Notes: a model not told the origin generated them from the letters alone. Shown: positions 20,306 to 29,412, counted from the first letter of the stretch. The stretch: DNA of 41,993 nt from Proteobacteria bacterium TMED61 (GCA_002171735.1 NHDO01000041.1:20630-62622); one strand, 5' to 3'. Made by a program: numbers and translations.

Positions 20306-21616
20306 ATGAAATACGACCCAGAATTCCTCGAAAACCACTGGATGCCGTTCACTTCCAACCGGGACTTCAAAACTGATCCCCGGTTTATCGTTCGCAGTGA
20401 AGGTGTCTATATGTACAACGACGCTGACGAGCGGATTCTGGACGGCTCTTCAGGGCTTTTTTGTTGCGCTGCCGGCCACAGCCGGCCCGAGATTGCCCAG
20501 GCCGTGCACGACCAACTTAAGACCTCTGCCTACGTGCCTCCCTTTCAGCTGGCTCAGCCCTTGTCCTTTGAGCTCGCACGACGGGTCGCAAAACTAACCC
20601 CCGATGGTCTCGACCATATCTTTTTCGCCAACTCCGGGTCTGAAGCCATCGATACCGCAATGAAAGTCGCTTACGCTTATCACTATGCGCGTGGTGAGGG
20701 GCAGCGCCAGCGTTTTGTTTCGCGCGAGAGGGCCTATCACGGTGTGAACATGGCCGGTGTGTCCCTGAGCGGGATGATTAAAAACCGTCAGGCCTTCGGT
20801 CCGGGTATTCCTGGGGTTGTCCATATGCGCCATACCTGGCTGCCAGAAAACCGGTTTGTGAAAGGCCAGCCAAACGAGGGCCTGGATCTGGCCGATGACC
20901 TTTTACGTATCGCCATGAATTACGGCCCGGACACCATTGCTGCGTGTGTGGTCGAACCGGTTGCGGGATCAACCGGTTGTCTCGTGCCGCCCAAGGGTTA
21001 CCTCGAAAGGCTACGGGAGATCTGTGATGATCACGGCATCCTGTTGATCTTTGATGAGGTGATATGCGGTTTCGGTCGTATGGGCACACCATTTGCATCA
21101 CAGGCTTTTGGGGTTACCCCCGACATTATGACTATGGCAAAAGCCTTGACCAATGCCGCCCAGCCGATGGGCGCGGTGGCGGTGACTGACAAGGTATACG
21201 ATGCCATCATGGACAGTTCTGCCGAGGGTACTATCGAATTCTTCCACGGGTATACCTATTCAGGACATCCGGCTGCCTGCGCTGCCGGGATCGCGACGAT
21301 GGATATCTTCGAAAAGGAAAATCTGATCGAACGTGCAGCTGAGCTTTCCGGGTATTTCCTGGAGCAGGTGTTTGCTTTAAGCGACATCCCACTGGTTACC
21401 GATATTCGCGGTTACGGACTCTTTGCTGGGGTCGATCTTGAGCCGATGGGAAATCCTGGGGTTCGCGGTATCGACTTCCAAAAACGCCTTTTTAAGAATG
21501 GGCTCCACATCAAGATGACCGGAGATGCCGCACTGTTGGCACCGCCTTTAGTCAGCGAGCACCACCATATCGATCGGATTTGCGAGGTAATTCGCCAGAC
21601 CCTAGCTGAGTATTAA
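20306..21616 (+). CDS. Class III PLP aminotransferase, omega-amino acid/beta-alanine:pyruvate (BauA/AptA-like)
   Basis: HWMPFTSNRDFK, NSGSEA, AYHGVN, VEPVAGSTG, FDEVICGFGRMG, MAKALTN, FFHGYTYSGHP. Confidence 0.9.
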   Translation: MKYDPEFLENHWMPFTSNRDFKTDPRFIVRSEGVYMYNDADERILDGSSGLFCCAAGHSRPEIAQAVHDQLKTSAYVPPFQLAQPLSFELARRVAKLTPDGLDHIFFANSGSEAIDTAMKVAYAYHYARGEGQRQRFVSRERAYHGVNMAGVSLSGMIKNRQAFGPGIPGVVHMRHTWLPENRFVKGQPNEGLDLADDLLRIAMNYGPDTIAACVVEPVAGSTGCLVPPKGYLERLREICDDHGILLIFDEVICGFGRMGTPFASQAFGVTPDIMTMAKALTNAAQPMGAVAVTDKVYDAIMDSSAEGTIEFFHGYTYSGHPAACAAGIATMDIFEKENLIERAAELSGYFLEQVFALSDIPLVTDIRGYGLFAGVDLEPMGNPGVRGIDFQKRLFKNGLHIKMTGDAALLAPPLVSEHHHIDRICEVIRQTLAEY

Positions 21617-21686
21617 TTCGACCCGGGGACTGATCAACATACCTTTAAGTTCGTTTTGTAGTTATTTTAGACAGATTTTTGCTCGG

Positions 21687-21715
21687 TTGAACGCCTGGTG
21701 GAGGGCGAAGATACT
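21687..21715 (+). promoter_or_regulatory. Candidate sigma-70 promoter for the ABC operon
   Basis: TTGAAC-N17-GATACT in an AT-rich intergenic region. Confidence 0.3.
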
Positions 21716-21878
21716 GATGCAGCATTAATGAAATATCTTTATATTAGAATTTAAAACGCCACGGCGGATTGCATGATAGCTTATTCGATACCGCGCGAGG
21801 TTCAAGGAGGTATACAGGTTTCGGAGAGGTCTCTGGAAACTGGAATTTGTTAGAGATCAAACCACTCAGGAGGAAAAA

Positions 21879-23051
21879 GTGACAGATCAAAAACTGAATC
21901 AGAGTCGAAGATCATTTGTAAAGAAATCGGCCGCCGTTTCTACGGCAGCGGCTGTGGGCCCTTGGATTGTTAGCCCCAAAGTGCTTGCCTCGTCCGGTGA
22001 GGTCAACGTGCTACTTTGGTCGGACTATTGCCCGCCAGGATTTCTGACGTCGTTCAAGGAGAAAACCGGTATTACTGTCAACTTCACCGGCATCGGCTCG
22101 AACGAAGAAATCATAAACAAGATGAAAGCTACAAAGGGTAAAGGCTTTGATGTCTGCAGCCCGACCAATATGCGTTCTCTGCAGTGGGAGCCGCTGGGCC
22201 TGATCCAGCCAATTGATTACGGCCGGATCCCAAACGTCAAGAATCTGAACCCAGCGATGCTGGCAGTAGGCGATAACGAGTGGAACTTTGGCGGTAAAGG
22301 ATCCCATTGGCTGCCGCAGATCTGGGGCACGGAAGGTATTGCCTGGCGCTCCGATAAGTGGACACCGCCACGTGACGGCGAAATGCCGAGTTACGGAGAC
22401 GTATGGCAATCGGATGTTCAGGGCAAAACAATGATGCGGCCGCATTCGGGAATGCTCGGAGCAGGTCTTTATCTTGAGACGACGGGTGCACTGGAGCCTG
22501 GCGCGATGCGTGCGGCATATGCCGATGAAGCGACCATGCGGAAGACTTGGCAGGTTGTCACCGATTTCTGTATCAAGAATAAGAGCCAGATCAAGTTGTT
22601 CTGGAATGACGCCGACAGCCAGAAAAATGGCTTCATGAGTGGCGGTGTGGTGGTCGGTCAGACCTGGGATGGTCCGCCTACTGTTCAGATGAAAGAAGGC
22701 AAGCCTGTCATCTACCGCGCACCGGTCGAAGGGTCTCTGGCATGGGTGGACGGCCTCACTATCTCCTCGGCGGCAGCCAATGTCGACGAGACCTACGCAT
22801 TCCTCGATTACTGCTTTGACCCGGTTGCAGCCGGTCGGTCAATCGATGGTGGTGGTGTGGATGGATGGGGTCAGCATGGCTACAACTCTGCTGTGCTTGG
22901 TGCTGATAAGCACGCCAGTGCGGACTACGGTAAGTGGTTTAACCAGATCTACCCCGGTGATGCCTTGGCCAATCTATGGCCGTGGCCCAAAGAGCCGCAG
23001 TGGTACGCTGATGTTCGTACGGAGTACCGCAACAAGTTTGTGAATGCCTAA
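21879..23051 (+). CDS. ABC transporter substrate-binding protein, PotD/PotF family, Tat signal
   Basis: SRRSFVK twin-arginine motif, WSDY, SNEE, WGTEGI, TWDG, PVEGSLAWVDG; AGGAGG RBS. Confidence 0.9.
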   Translation: MTDQKLNQSRRSFVKKSAAVSTAAAVGPWIVSPKVLASSGEVNVLLWSDYCPPGFLTSFKEKTGITVNFTGIGSNEEIINKMKATKGKGFDVCSPTNMRSLQWEPLGLIQPIDYGRIPNVKNLNPAMLAVGDNEWNFGGKGSHWLPQIWGTEGIAWRSDKWTPPRDGEMPSYGDVWQSDVQGKTMMRPHSGMLGAGLYLETTGALEPGAMRAAYADEATMRKTWQVVTDFCIKNKSQIKLFWNDADSQKNGFMSGGVVVGQTWDGPPTVQMKEGKPVIYRAPVEGSLAWVDGLTISSAAANVDETYAFLDYCFDPVAAGRSIDGGGVDGWGQHGYNSAVLGADKHASADYGKWFNQIYPGDALANLWPWPKEPQWYADVRTEYRNKFVNA

Positions 23052-23065
23052 GTAGGCAATACAAG

Positions 23066-23087
23066 CCCCCGGCCGGCCGGCCGGGGG
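23066..23087. terminator. Perfect 22-bp GC palindrome after the SBP gene (stem-loop/attenuator)
   Basis: CCCCCGGCCGGCCGGCCGGGGG followed within 10 nt by TTCTTTT. Confidence 0.6.
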
Positions 23088-23159
23088 TGCACGTTCTTTT
23101 CTGATTTCATGGCGCTGATTTCATCAGCGCCATCTCTTTATATGGTATACAGTGATTCG

Positions 23160-24254
23160 ATGAGTGCAGACGTCCAACTCGATGATGTGTGGGTGCAGTT
23201 CGGTGATTTCGTTGCGGTACGTGATGCCAGCCTGACCATCGAAGGTGGTGAGTTTTTCAGTTTCCTCGGCCCTTCTGGCTGTGGCAAAACCACCTTGCTG
23301 CGGGCGATCTCCGGTTTTCAGGCCCCGAGCCGCGGCCGCATTCTTATAGGGGGTCGGGACATGGCAGGCATTGGTCCCAATCAGCGGCCGACCGCGCTGA
23401 TCTTCCAGAATTTGGCACTTTTCCCTTTGATGCGTGTCTGGGAAAACATCTCCTTCGCGCTTGAGGTCAAGGGTGCGGACAAATCCACACGGCGAAGGAA
23501 GGCTGACGAACTTCTCGAACTGGTGGCACTGCCTGGCCAGGGAGACAAGATGGTTCATGAACTCTCTGGTGGCCAGAAGCAGAGAGTCGCTGTCGCACGG
23601 GCCTTATGCGCCGAGCCGGAGGTGCTACTGCTCGATGAGCCGTTGTCGGCATTGGATCTGAAATTGCGCCAGCATATGCGTACCGAACTTCGGGCCATTC
23701 AGCAACGGGCAGGTATCACGTTCATTTATATCACTCACGATCAGGGTGAGGCGTTGACTATGTCCGACCGCATCGCGGTGATGCGACAGGGAGTGGTTGA
23801 TCAGATTGGAGACGGCACCACGGTCTATGATCACCCGCAGACGGCTTTCGTCGCTTCTTTTGTAGGAGAGAACAACTTCTTCGCCGGCCGGGTTGCTGAT
23901 ATTTCAGATGGAACGGCCATAGTGGAAACTCAGGCGGGTCGTTTCTGCGCCCGGGTTTCCGATTCCGCACCAGTGGAGTCTGGCCATGAAGCGATTGTCT
24001 TCATCCGTCCGGAGTCGATCCGCTTTGCGGAGAGTGGCAGTTACGAAAACAATCTGACCGCGAAACTCACGCACCAGGAGTTTGAGGGTCACTTCTGGCA
24101 TCTCGTGCTCCAGACAGACTCCGGAGATCGAGTCCGGATGTCGGTCATGAACGATGGCAGCAGTGGCATCCATGAGGTGGACTCCCGGATCAATATCGGT
24201 TTTCCAGCACAAAGCGCGATCGCGCTCGCCCGCGGCGAGCTCGCGGCTGACTGA
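23160..24254 (+). CDS. ABC transporter ATP-binding protein, PotA family (start 23160 or 23109)
   Basis: GPSGCGKT, LSGGQKQR, LLLDEPLSALD, YITHDQGEA, C-terminal TOBE-like region. Confidence 0.93.
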   Translation: MSADVQLDDVWVQFGDFVAVRDASLTIEGGEFFSFLGPSGCGKTTLLRAISGFQAPSRGRILIGGRDMAGIGPNQRPTALIFQNLALFPLMRVWENISFALEVKGADKSTRRRKADELLELVALPGQGDKMVHELSGGQKQRVAVARALCAEPEVLLLDEPLSALDLKLRQHMRTELRAIQQRAGITFIYITHDQGEALTMSDRIAVMRQGVVDQIGDGTTVYDHPQTAFVASFVGENNFFAGRVADISDGTAIVETQAGRFCARVSDSAPVESGHEAIVFIRPESIRFAESGSYENNLTAKLTHQEFEGHFWHLVLQTDSGDRVRMSVMNDGSSGIHEVDSRINIGFPAQSAIALARGELAAD

Positions 24255-24271
24255 GTTTCGAGGGCGTAGCG

Positions 24272-25204
24272 ATGTTGGGCTGGTTCCGATGGTTCTTGGC
24301 CAAAAACGGCGTCGCACTTTCGGTGTATATGTTGGGTGCGGTCGCGCTCTGGGTCATCGTGATGATCGTTCTGCCGCAGTTGTTTATGCTGGATTTTTCC
24401 TTCCGGCATAACTGGCAGCAGATCGATCCGTCAAAAATGGGCGGGCCAGAAGATGTCTACACTTTTGTCAATTATCATTTTCTTGCCTATGGAAGCCCCA
24501 ACAACCCGGACCCATTTAATGTTGTCGATGTAACCGTTTTTTTCCGCACGATCGTCGCTGCGGTATTCGTCACGATCTTTGATTTGGCGCTGTGCTATCC
24601 GATCGCCTACTATCTGGCGCAGGTGGCCCGGGGCGGTAAGGCAAGACTGCTTGTGCTTTTCCTGATCGTTCCCTTCTGGGTGAATGAATTGCTGCGCGCA
24701 TTCGCGTTCAGAATCCTGTTTGGCGAGGAAGGAACGATTAATGCCATTCTGATGGGCCTCGGTCTCCTGTCCCAGCCTATCGATTTTGTCCGCGAAGATG
24801 TGGCGCTGTACGCAGGTCTGGGGTACGCCTACATCCTGCTCATGATCTTTCCGATCTATAACGTGGTCGAAAGTCTTGATAAGAACCAGATCGAGGCGGC
24901 CAGAGACATGGGCGCGTCCTGGCTACGCATTCACCGGCGTATCGTTTTTCCTTTTGCCAAGCCGGGAATCACGTCCGGTTGTACGATGGTTTTTATGCTG
25001 TCTGCCGGAGCGCTTGCTGCACCTCAGATTCTGGGCGGCCCCAGCAGTCTTTGGTTTACCCAGATCATTTATCAGTGGTTCAACACTGGCAGTAACTGGC
25101 CAAGAGGGTCGGCTTACGCAATCGTACTGATGGCGACCTGCGTTCTTCTGGTGTTGGCAGTAATGAAGATCTTTAAGGTCAAAATTGGAGAAATCGGCCG
25201 ATGA
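24272..25204 (+). CDS. ABC transporter permease, PotB family
   Basis: YPIAYYLA, VPFWVNELLRAFA, EAA loop IEAARDMGAS, NWPRGSA. Confidence 0.92.
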   Translation: MLGWFRWFLAKNGVALSVYMLGAVALWVIVMIVLPQLFMLDFSFRHNWQQIDPSKMGGPEDVYTFVNYHFLAYGSPNNPDPFNVVDVTVFFRTIVAAVFVTIFDLALCYPIAYYLAQVARGGKARLLVLFLIVPFWVNELLRAFAFRILFGEEGTINAILMGLGLLSQPIDFVREDVALYAGLGYAYILLMIFPIYNVVESLDKNQIEAARDMGASWLRIHRRIVFPFAKPGITSGCTMVFMLSAGALAAPQILGGPSSLWFTQIIYQWFNTGSNWPRGSAYAIVLMATCVLLVLAVMKIFKVKIGEIGR

Positions 25205-26484
25205 CCTCTGCAGGTGTTATGCGGATAGCAGTGGGGCTTTATATTCTGCTGTTCTTTGCCTACCTGTTCGGTCCACTGGTCGTGATGTCTGTCACGGCGT
25301 TCAACAGTTCGGAGTTCCCGTCAATCTCTCCGTGGAATTGCGTTACCGGTGAATGGTTTGATGTGCTGGTAAAGGATAAGCACCTCATGGGTGGGCTTCG
25401 CAGTAGCCTGTTCGTTGGCATCGGGGTTGTTTTGCTGGCCGTACCTATCGGCTTGGCCGCATCGCTCCTGATTACCCAGCTTCAAAAGCGCGCGCGGTCC
25501 ATAGCCTATACGGTGACCATATCTCCAATCCTGGTTCCCGGTGTCGTCCTCGGCATCTCAACGCTAGTATTCTGGGAACGCATAGATCGGGCGGTGCTTG
25601 GCGTTGAGGACGGGTTTTTCTATGGTGGTTATTTTATGACCATCGTTGGTCAGTCGACGTTTATTGCCGCCTATGCCATGTTGGTTTTCCTGGCTCGCCT
25701 ACAGCGTTTTGACCCCGGCCTTGAAGAGGCTGCGCTGGATCTCGGGGCGACTCAGGTCCAGGTTTTTCGCAAGATTCTTCTACCGTTCCTGAAGCCGGCT
25801 ATCGCATCTGCTGCGGTTCTGGCTTTTCTGGCGTCTTTTGAGAACTACAACACAACCGTATTTACAATCGTATCCGAAAGCACGCTGACGACCGTGCTGG
25901 CGAGCAAGGTCCGCTACGGAATTAATCCGTCCATCAGCGCTTTGGCGGTCATCATCATTTTACTGACGTTGCTTGGTGCAGTGGTTCACGAGTACCTGAA
26001 GCGCAAGGAGGAAAAAGCCGCTAGCGCTCTCGCGGCAGAAGGCCTGCCAAGCAGCGGCAGCGCATCACGTTCACGCCCGATGCGGATACCCGTTGGCGCG
26101 CTAACAGCGCTGGTGGTTCTCAGCCTGTTGACAGGGCTCTGGTTGGCTCGCGGCTACGATGTTGAACAATGCAAGGTCAGGGTGTCTGAAGAGAACCGAA
26201 TTCACTTCGAGGCGCTTAAGCAGCAGCGACTCGCTGAAGCGAAGGCAAAGCGCGAAGCGAGCGGTGAGAGCGCAAGCGTTGCCGTTGAGGCAAATCAGGC
26301 GGGCCGCCAGTACCAGGGCATCTTTGCCCCCACTAATCTCGGGCAGCAAGTGGGTGCAGATACCGAGACGGAAACGGGAGCTGAGGGTACGGAAGAGGCA
26401 AACCAGCAGGGGCGACAATATCAGAGTATCTTTGACCCAGGAAATCTCGGCAAGCAGGTGGAGTCGGCGCCTGAACATGATTAA
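25201..26484 (+). CDS. ABC transporter permease, PotC family, with long C-terminal extension
   Basis: EAA loop LEEAALDLGAT, FLASFENYN, PSISALA; about 160 extra C-terminal residues; ATGA overlap. Confidence 0.9.
   Translation: MTSAGVMRIAVGLYILLFFAYLFGPLVVMSVTAFNSSEFPSISPWNCVTGEWFDVLVKDKHLMGGLRSSLFVGIGVVLLAVPIGLAASLLITQLQKRARSIAYTVTISPILVPGVVLGISTLVFWERIDRAVLGVEDGFFYGGYFMTIVGQSTFIAAYAMLVFLARLQRFDPGLEEAALDLGATQVQVFRKILLPFLKPAIASAAVLAFLASFENYNTTVFTIVSESTLTTVLASKVRYGINPSISALAVIIILLTLLGAVVHEYLKRKEEKAASALAAEGLPSSGSASRSRPMRIPVGALTALVVLSLLTGLWLARGYDVEQCKVRVSEENRIHFEALKQQRLAEAKAKREASGESASVAVEANQAGRQYQGIFAPTNLGQQVGADTETETGAEGTEEANQQGRQYQSIFDPGNLGKQVESAPEHD
26287..26460 (+). repeat. Intragenic imperfect duplication encoding a 22-aa motif twice
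   Basis: 26287-26352 EANQAGRQYQGIFAPTNLGQQV and 26395-26460 EANQQGRQYQSIFDPGNLGKQV (17/22 identical). Confidence 0.85.
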
Positions 26485-26562
26485 GGCCCACAGTCCAGAG
26501 CGACGCTCGGTTGCCTGCACAAGCCCGGACCGTGGGGATTTTCTCAGCAAAGCTGGATCACC

Positions 26563-27615
26563 ATGATCAAGACCACTTGCATCGGTGCATATCCCAAGCC
26601 CGGGTTTGTCGCACTGCCTGATTGGTTTACCACGTCTGCCGGAACGGATACCTCCGATCCCACAAAATGGTGGGCGGATGCCATGGCCGCCATGGGTGAC
26701 GACGCTGAGGATATTATTTCCAAGGGTGTTGCTGAGGTCCTTGCGGATCAGGAGCGCGCGGGGATTGATATTCCTACCGACGGTGAGGTGCCAAGAGAAA
26801 ATTACATTCACTACCACTGCAGACACCTCGATGGTATCGATTTTTCGAATCTGACGGAAAAGACCCTGCGCAACGGTGCGTATGTGGCCCGATTGCCAAC
26901 GATCTGGCAACCGGTTCGAGCAAAGGGCTCCTTTCTTGCTCATGACTGGCGCAGGGCTCAAAAACTCACCCGGCGTCAGGTGAAGATCACGATGCCTGGG
27001 CCGATGACGATTGGAGATACCACGGCAGACGTTTACTATGGTGATCCTAGGCTCCGCGGTGCTGATCTTGCCGATGCGCTCAACAGGGAGGTGCTCGATC
27101 TTGTTCAGGCTGGATGTCGGCATATCCAGATCGATGAACCTCTATTTGCACGAAAGCCTGGCGATGCGCTGGACTTTGGCTTTGAACATCTCGAGCGCGC
27201 CTTTCACAAGTGCCCGACCGGCGTTGTGAGAACTGTCCATATGTGCTGTGGTTATCCCGACCGACTCGACAGCGTGGATTACCCCAAAGCTGACCGTCAG
27301 AGCTATATCGACCTCGCCAGTGTGATCGAAGACGCCTCGATCGATGCCATATCGCTTGAGGACGCCCATCGTCACAATGATCTCAAACTACTGGAGCAGT
27401 TTGAGCACACCACTGTGATTCTGGGCGTCGTGGCAATCGCCAAAAGTGAAGTGGAGCCGGTGGAAGTCATCCGTGATCGCCTGCAGACGGCGCTGATGCA
27501 TATCGATGCGGAGCGCCTGCTCGCAGCACCTGATTGTGGTCTGGGGCTTTTGGGCCAAGAGCTAGCCCAACGTAAACTCGCGAACTTGTGCGAGGCAGCC
27601 CAGTCCCTTGGTTGA
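26563..27615 (+). CDS. Cobalamin-independent methionine synthase II family protein (single catalytic barrel)
   Basis: TTCIGAYPKP, DIPTDGE, QIDEP, zinc ligands HMC and PDCGL; 350 aa, lacks the MetE N-terminal half. Confidence 0.88.
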   Translation: MIKTTCIGAYPKPGFVALPDWFTTSAGTDTSDPTKWWADAMAAMGDDAEDIISKGVAEVLADQERAGIDIPTDGEVPRENYIHYHCRHLDGIDFSNLTEKTLRNGAYVARLPTIWQPVRAKGSFLAHDWRRAQKLTRRQVKITMPGPMTIGDTTADVYYGDPRLRGADLADALNREVLDLVQAGCRHIQIDEPLFARKPGDALDFGFEHLERAFHKCPTGVVRTVHMCCGYPDRLDSVDYPKADRQSYIDLASVIEDASIDAISLEDAHRHNDLKLLEQFEHTTVILGVVAIAKSEVEPVEVIRDRLQTALMHIDAERLLAAPDCGLGLLGQELAQRKLANLCEAAQSLG

Positions 27616-27639
27616 TTAATTGAGCAGCTGTCGGCCAGC

Positions 27640-28384
27640 GTGAAGTCTTCTCTCGTGCAAGTTCCCGGGCGACCCTCGCCGCTCAACATTATTTTGAAGT
27701 CATTTTTCGCCAGTTTGATGTTGGCGGCTGTTTTTCTGGTTACGGCATGCTCGGAGGACTCAAGCACTCCCGTGACCAAGAGCCAGGATGCCGCTGTATC
27801 GGCGTCATCAGACCTTGACTCCAGCAATGACGCTGTCTCGGTGTCGTTTGATCTGGTACTTCGCCTTGATCCGGGGTCTTCGGGTTTGAGTAATCAGAGT
27901 CTAGGAGAAGATACACGCCGTACCGAAGGCGTGCAGTCCGATCAACTTCTTGATCGGGTCAAGGAATCGTTTTCCGGCGACCTCGACCGTATACGTGAGC
28001 GGCGGTTTCTGCGGGTGTTGGTGTCTTATGGACGTACCAACTTCTTTTTCGACGCGGGTATGCCACGCGGTTTTGAATATGACCTGCTGATGGAGTACGA
28101 AAAAGAACTCAATGCATCGGTTTCCGCTCTTGAGGACCGTATCAAGTTGATTTTTGTGCCGGTCCCGTTTGATCAGTTACTCGACAAACTTGCGTCAGGG
28201 CAGGGCGATGTGGCCGCAGCAGGACTCACTATCACACCCCAGCGGCGTTTGCGCGTGGACTTTACCAAGCCCTGTTGAGGTCATGGCGGCGGAAAAGATC
28301 GGTCGCGAGACCGTCGATTATGTCCGCAATATCAACAAGTATTTTGTCGCGTACAAGATGTACTTCAATGCTCAGCAGCTCTAG
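27640..28384 (+). pseudogene. MltF-like (SBP family 3 + lytic transglycosylase) gene with internal deletion and frameshift
   Basis: Frame A: lipobox VTAC, FSGDLDRIRERRFLRVLV, GDVAAAGLTITP..RVDFTKP then stop at 28278. Frame B from 28274: VEVMAAEKIGRETVDYVRNINKYFVAYK, the family's extreme C-terminus. Confidence 0.75.
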
Positions 28385-28395
28385 AGATTGCTCTC

Positions 28396-29412
28396 TCAGT
28401 CAGTTGACTGGTTGGTGGCATCCCAGGGCGCTTTGACGGGCATGAAGGTTTCGTTGATATTGACTGTCGTGTTGTAGCCAAAAATGCCTTCAAGCCGCAC
28501 GGTAAAACGAAAGGTGGGGTCGTGATCATGTTCCGCAGGGAAGTGCACGCCGGGCTCAAGTTCCCAGAACAGCCATTTCTTCTTGGTCATTCTACGGTAG
28601 CGCACCTTCAAGACGGCATCATATACGGTGAATTCCGGTTTATCACGCAGGAATATCTCGACATCGTAGGCGATGGCTTCTGACTTTGACCGTCGTAGCT
28701 TTTCATACAGACTGAAATACTGATCAAGACACCAGCCATCGTCACATTGGCTAGAATTATTCTCATACCAGCGCAGCACCGTCGATGGACGGAAGAAGTA
28801 ATCTGTACCGATCACGCGATCAAAGTCTGCCTGGCCTCGATACTCGAATTTACTTTTGGTGAAGTAATAAAAAGAGTTTGTCAGTCGAGGCACCCACGGA
28901 CCGCCGGTCTTGAATGTTTTGCTCTGCCTGGCCCGCACATAGGGCTGGTAGCTTCCATCCCGACGGCGGATACCAAGATCAAATCGAATCTGCTTCAGGG
29001 CGGTCTCGCGTTTGCCTCTTAACTGTAAACTGATGTTCTGCTGGTTCTCGTCAAGGTCATTGATTCGACCCTCGTCTTCGTCATCACCGAGAATGAGCTT
29101 CAGCCGATTTTCGGTCTTGGGTAGAGAGACTCGGGCCCGAACGCCTGGGCTAAGCTTGGTGCCCTCGTTGCCGTCATAGCGCACCCGGACAAACGCCCTC
29201 AGCCGCGTCTGCTGATCGACCTCAGTTGACTGACTGTTGGAAAAAAACCCGTCAACCCGGCTTGCTGTTTTCAGCACCCATCCCGACCAGTCATCGTGGA
29301 TCTCGTCGACCCGGTCTTCGCCTTCTTGCTGATCTGCTACGGCCAGCGAAGAAAGGAGAAGGCTCAGGCATAAAATCAGCAGCCGAGATGGATTCTTGAA
29401 TTGATCGAACAT
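28396..29412 (-). CDS. Hypothetical exported protein, probable outer-membrane beta-barrel
   Basis: Signal peptide (..LLLSSLAVA-D) and alternating hydrophobic beta-strands (RLRAFVRVRY, VLKVRYRR, WLFWELEP, FRFTVRLEGIF). Confidence 0.7.
   Translation of the reverse strand: MFDQFKNPSRLLILCLSLLLSSLAVADQQEGEDRVDEIHDDWSGWVLKTASRVDGFFSNSQSTEVDQQTRLRAFVRVRYDGNEGTKLSPGVRARVSLPKTENRLKLILGDDEDEGRINDLDENQQNISLQLRGKRETALKQIRFDLGIRRRDGSYQPYVRARQSKTFKTGGPWVPRLTNSFYYFTKSKFEYRGQADFDRVIGTDYFFRPSTVLRWYENNSSQCDDGWCLDQYFSLYEKLRRSKSEAIAYDVEIFLRDKPEFTVYDAVLKVRYRRMTKKKWLFWELEPGVHFPAEHDHDPTFRFTVRLEGIFGYNTTVNINETFMPVKAPWDATNQSTD

Noticed and set aside
19963-20376. 137-aa ORF spanning the xsc/transaminase intergenic region
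   Set aside because: Overlaps both genes, with no RBS or protein-like features
26101-27123. 340-aa antisense ORF
   Set aside because: Entirely opposite two well-supported genes; no domain motifs
28273-28278. Programmed frameshift joining the two MltF-like pieces
   Set aside because: No slippery sequence, and the joined product would still lack the middle of the protein; deletion is the simpler explanation
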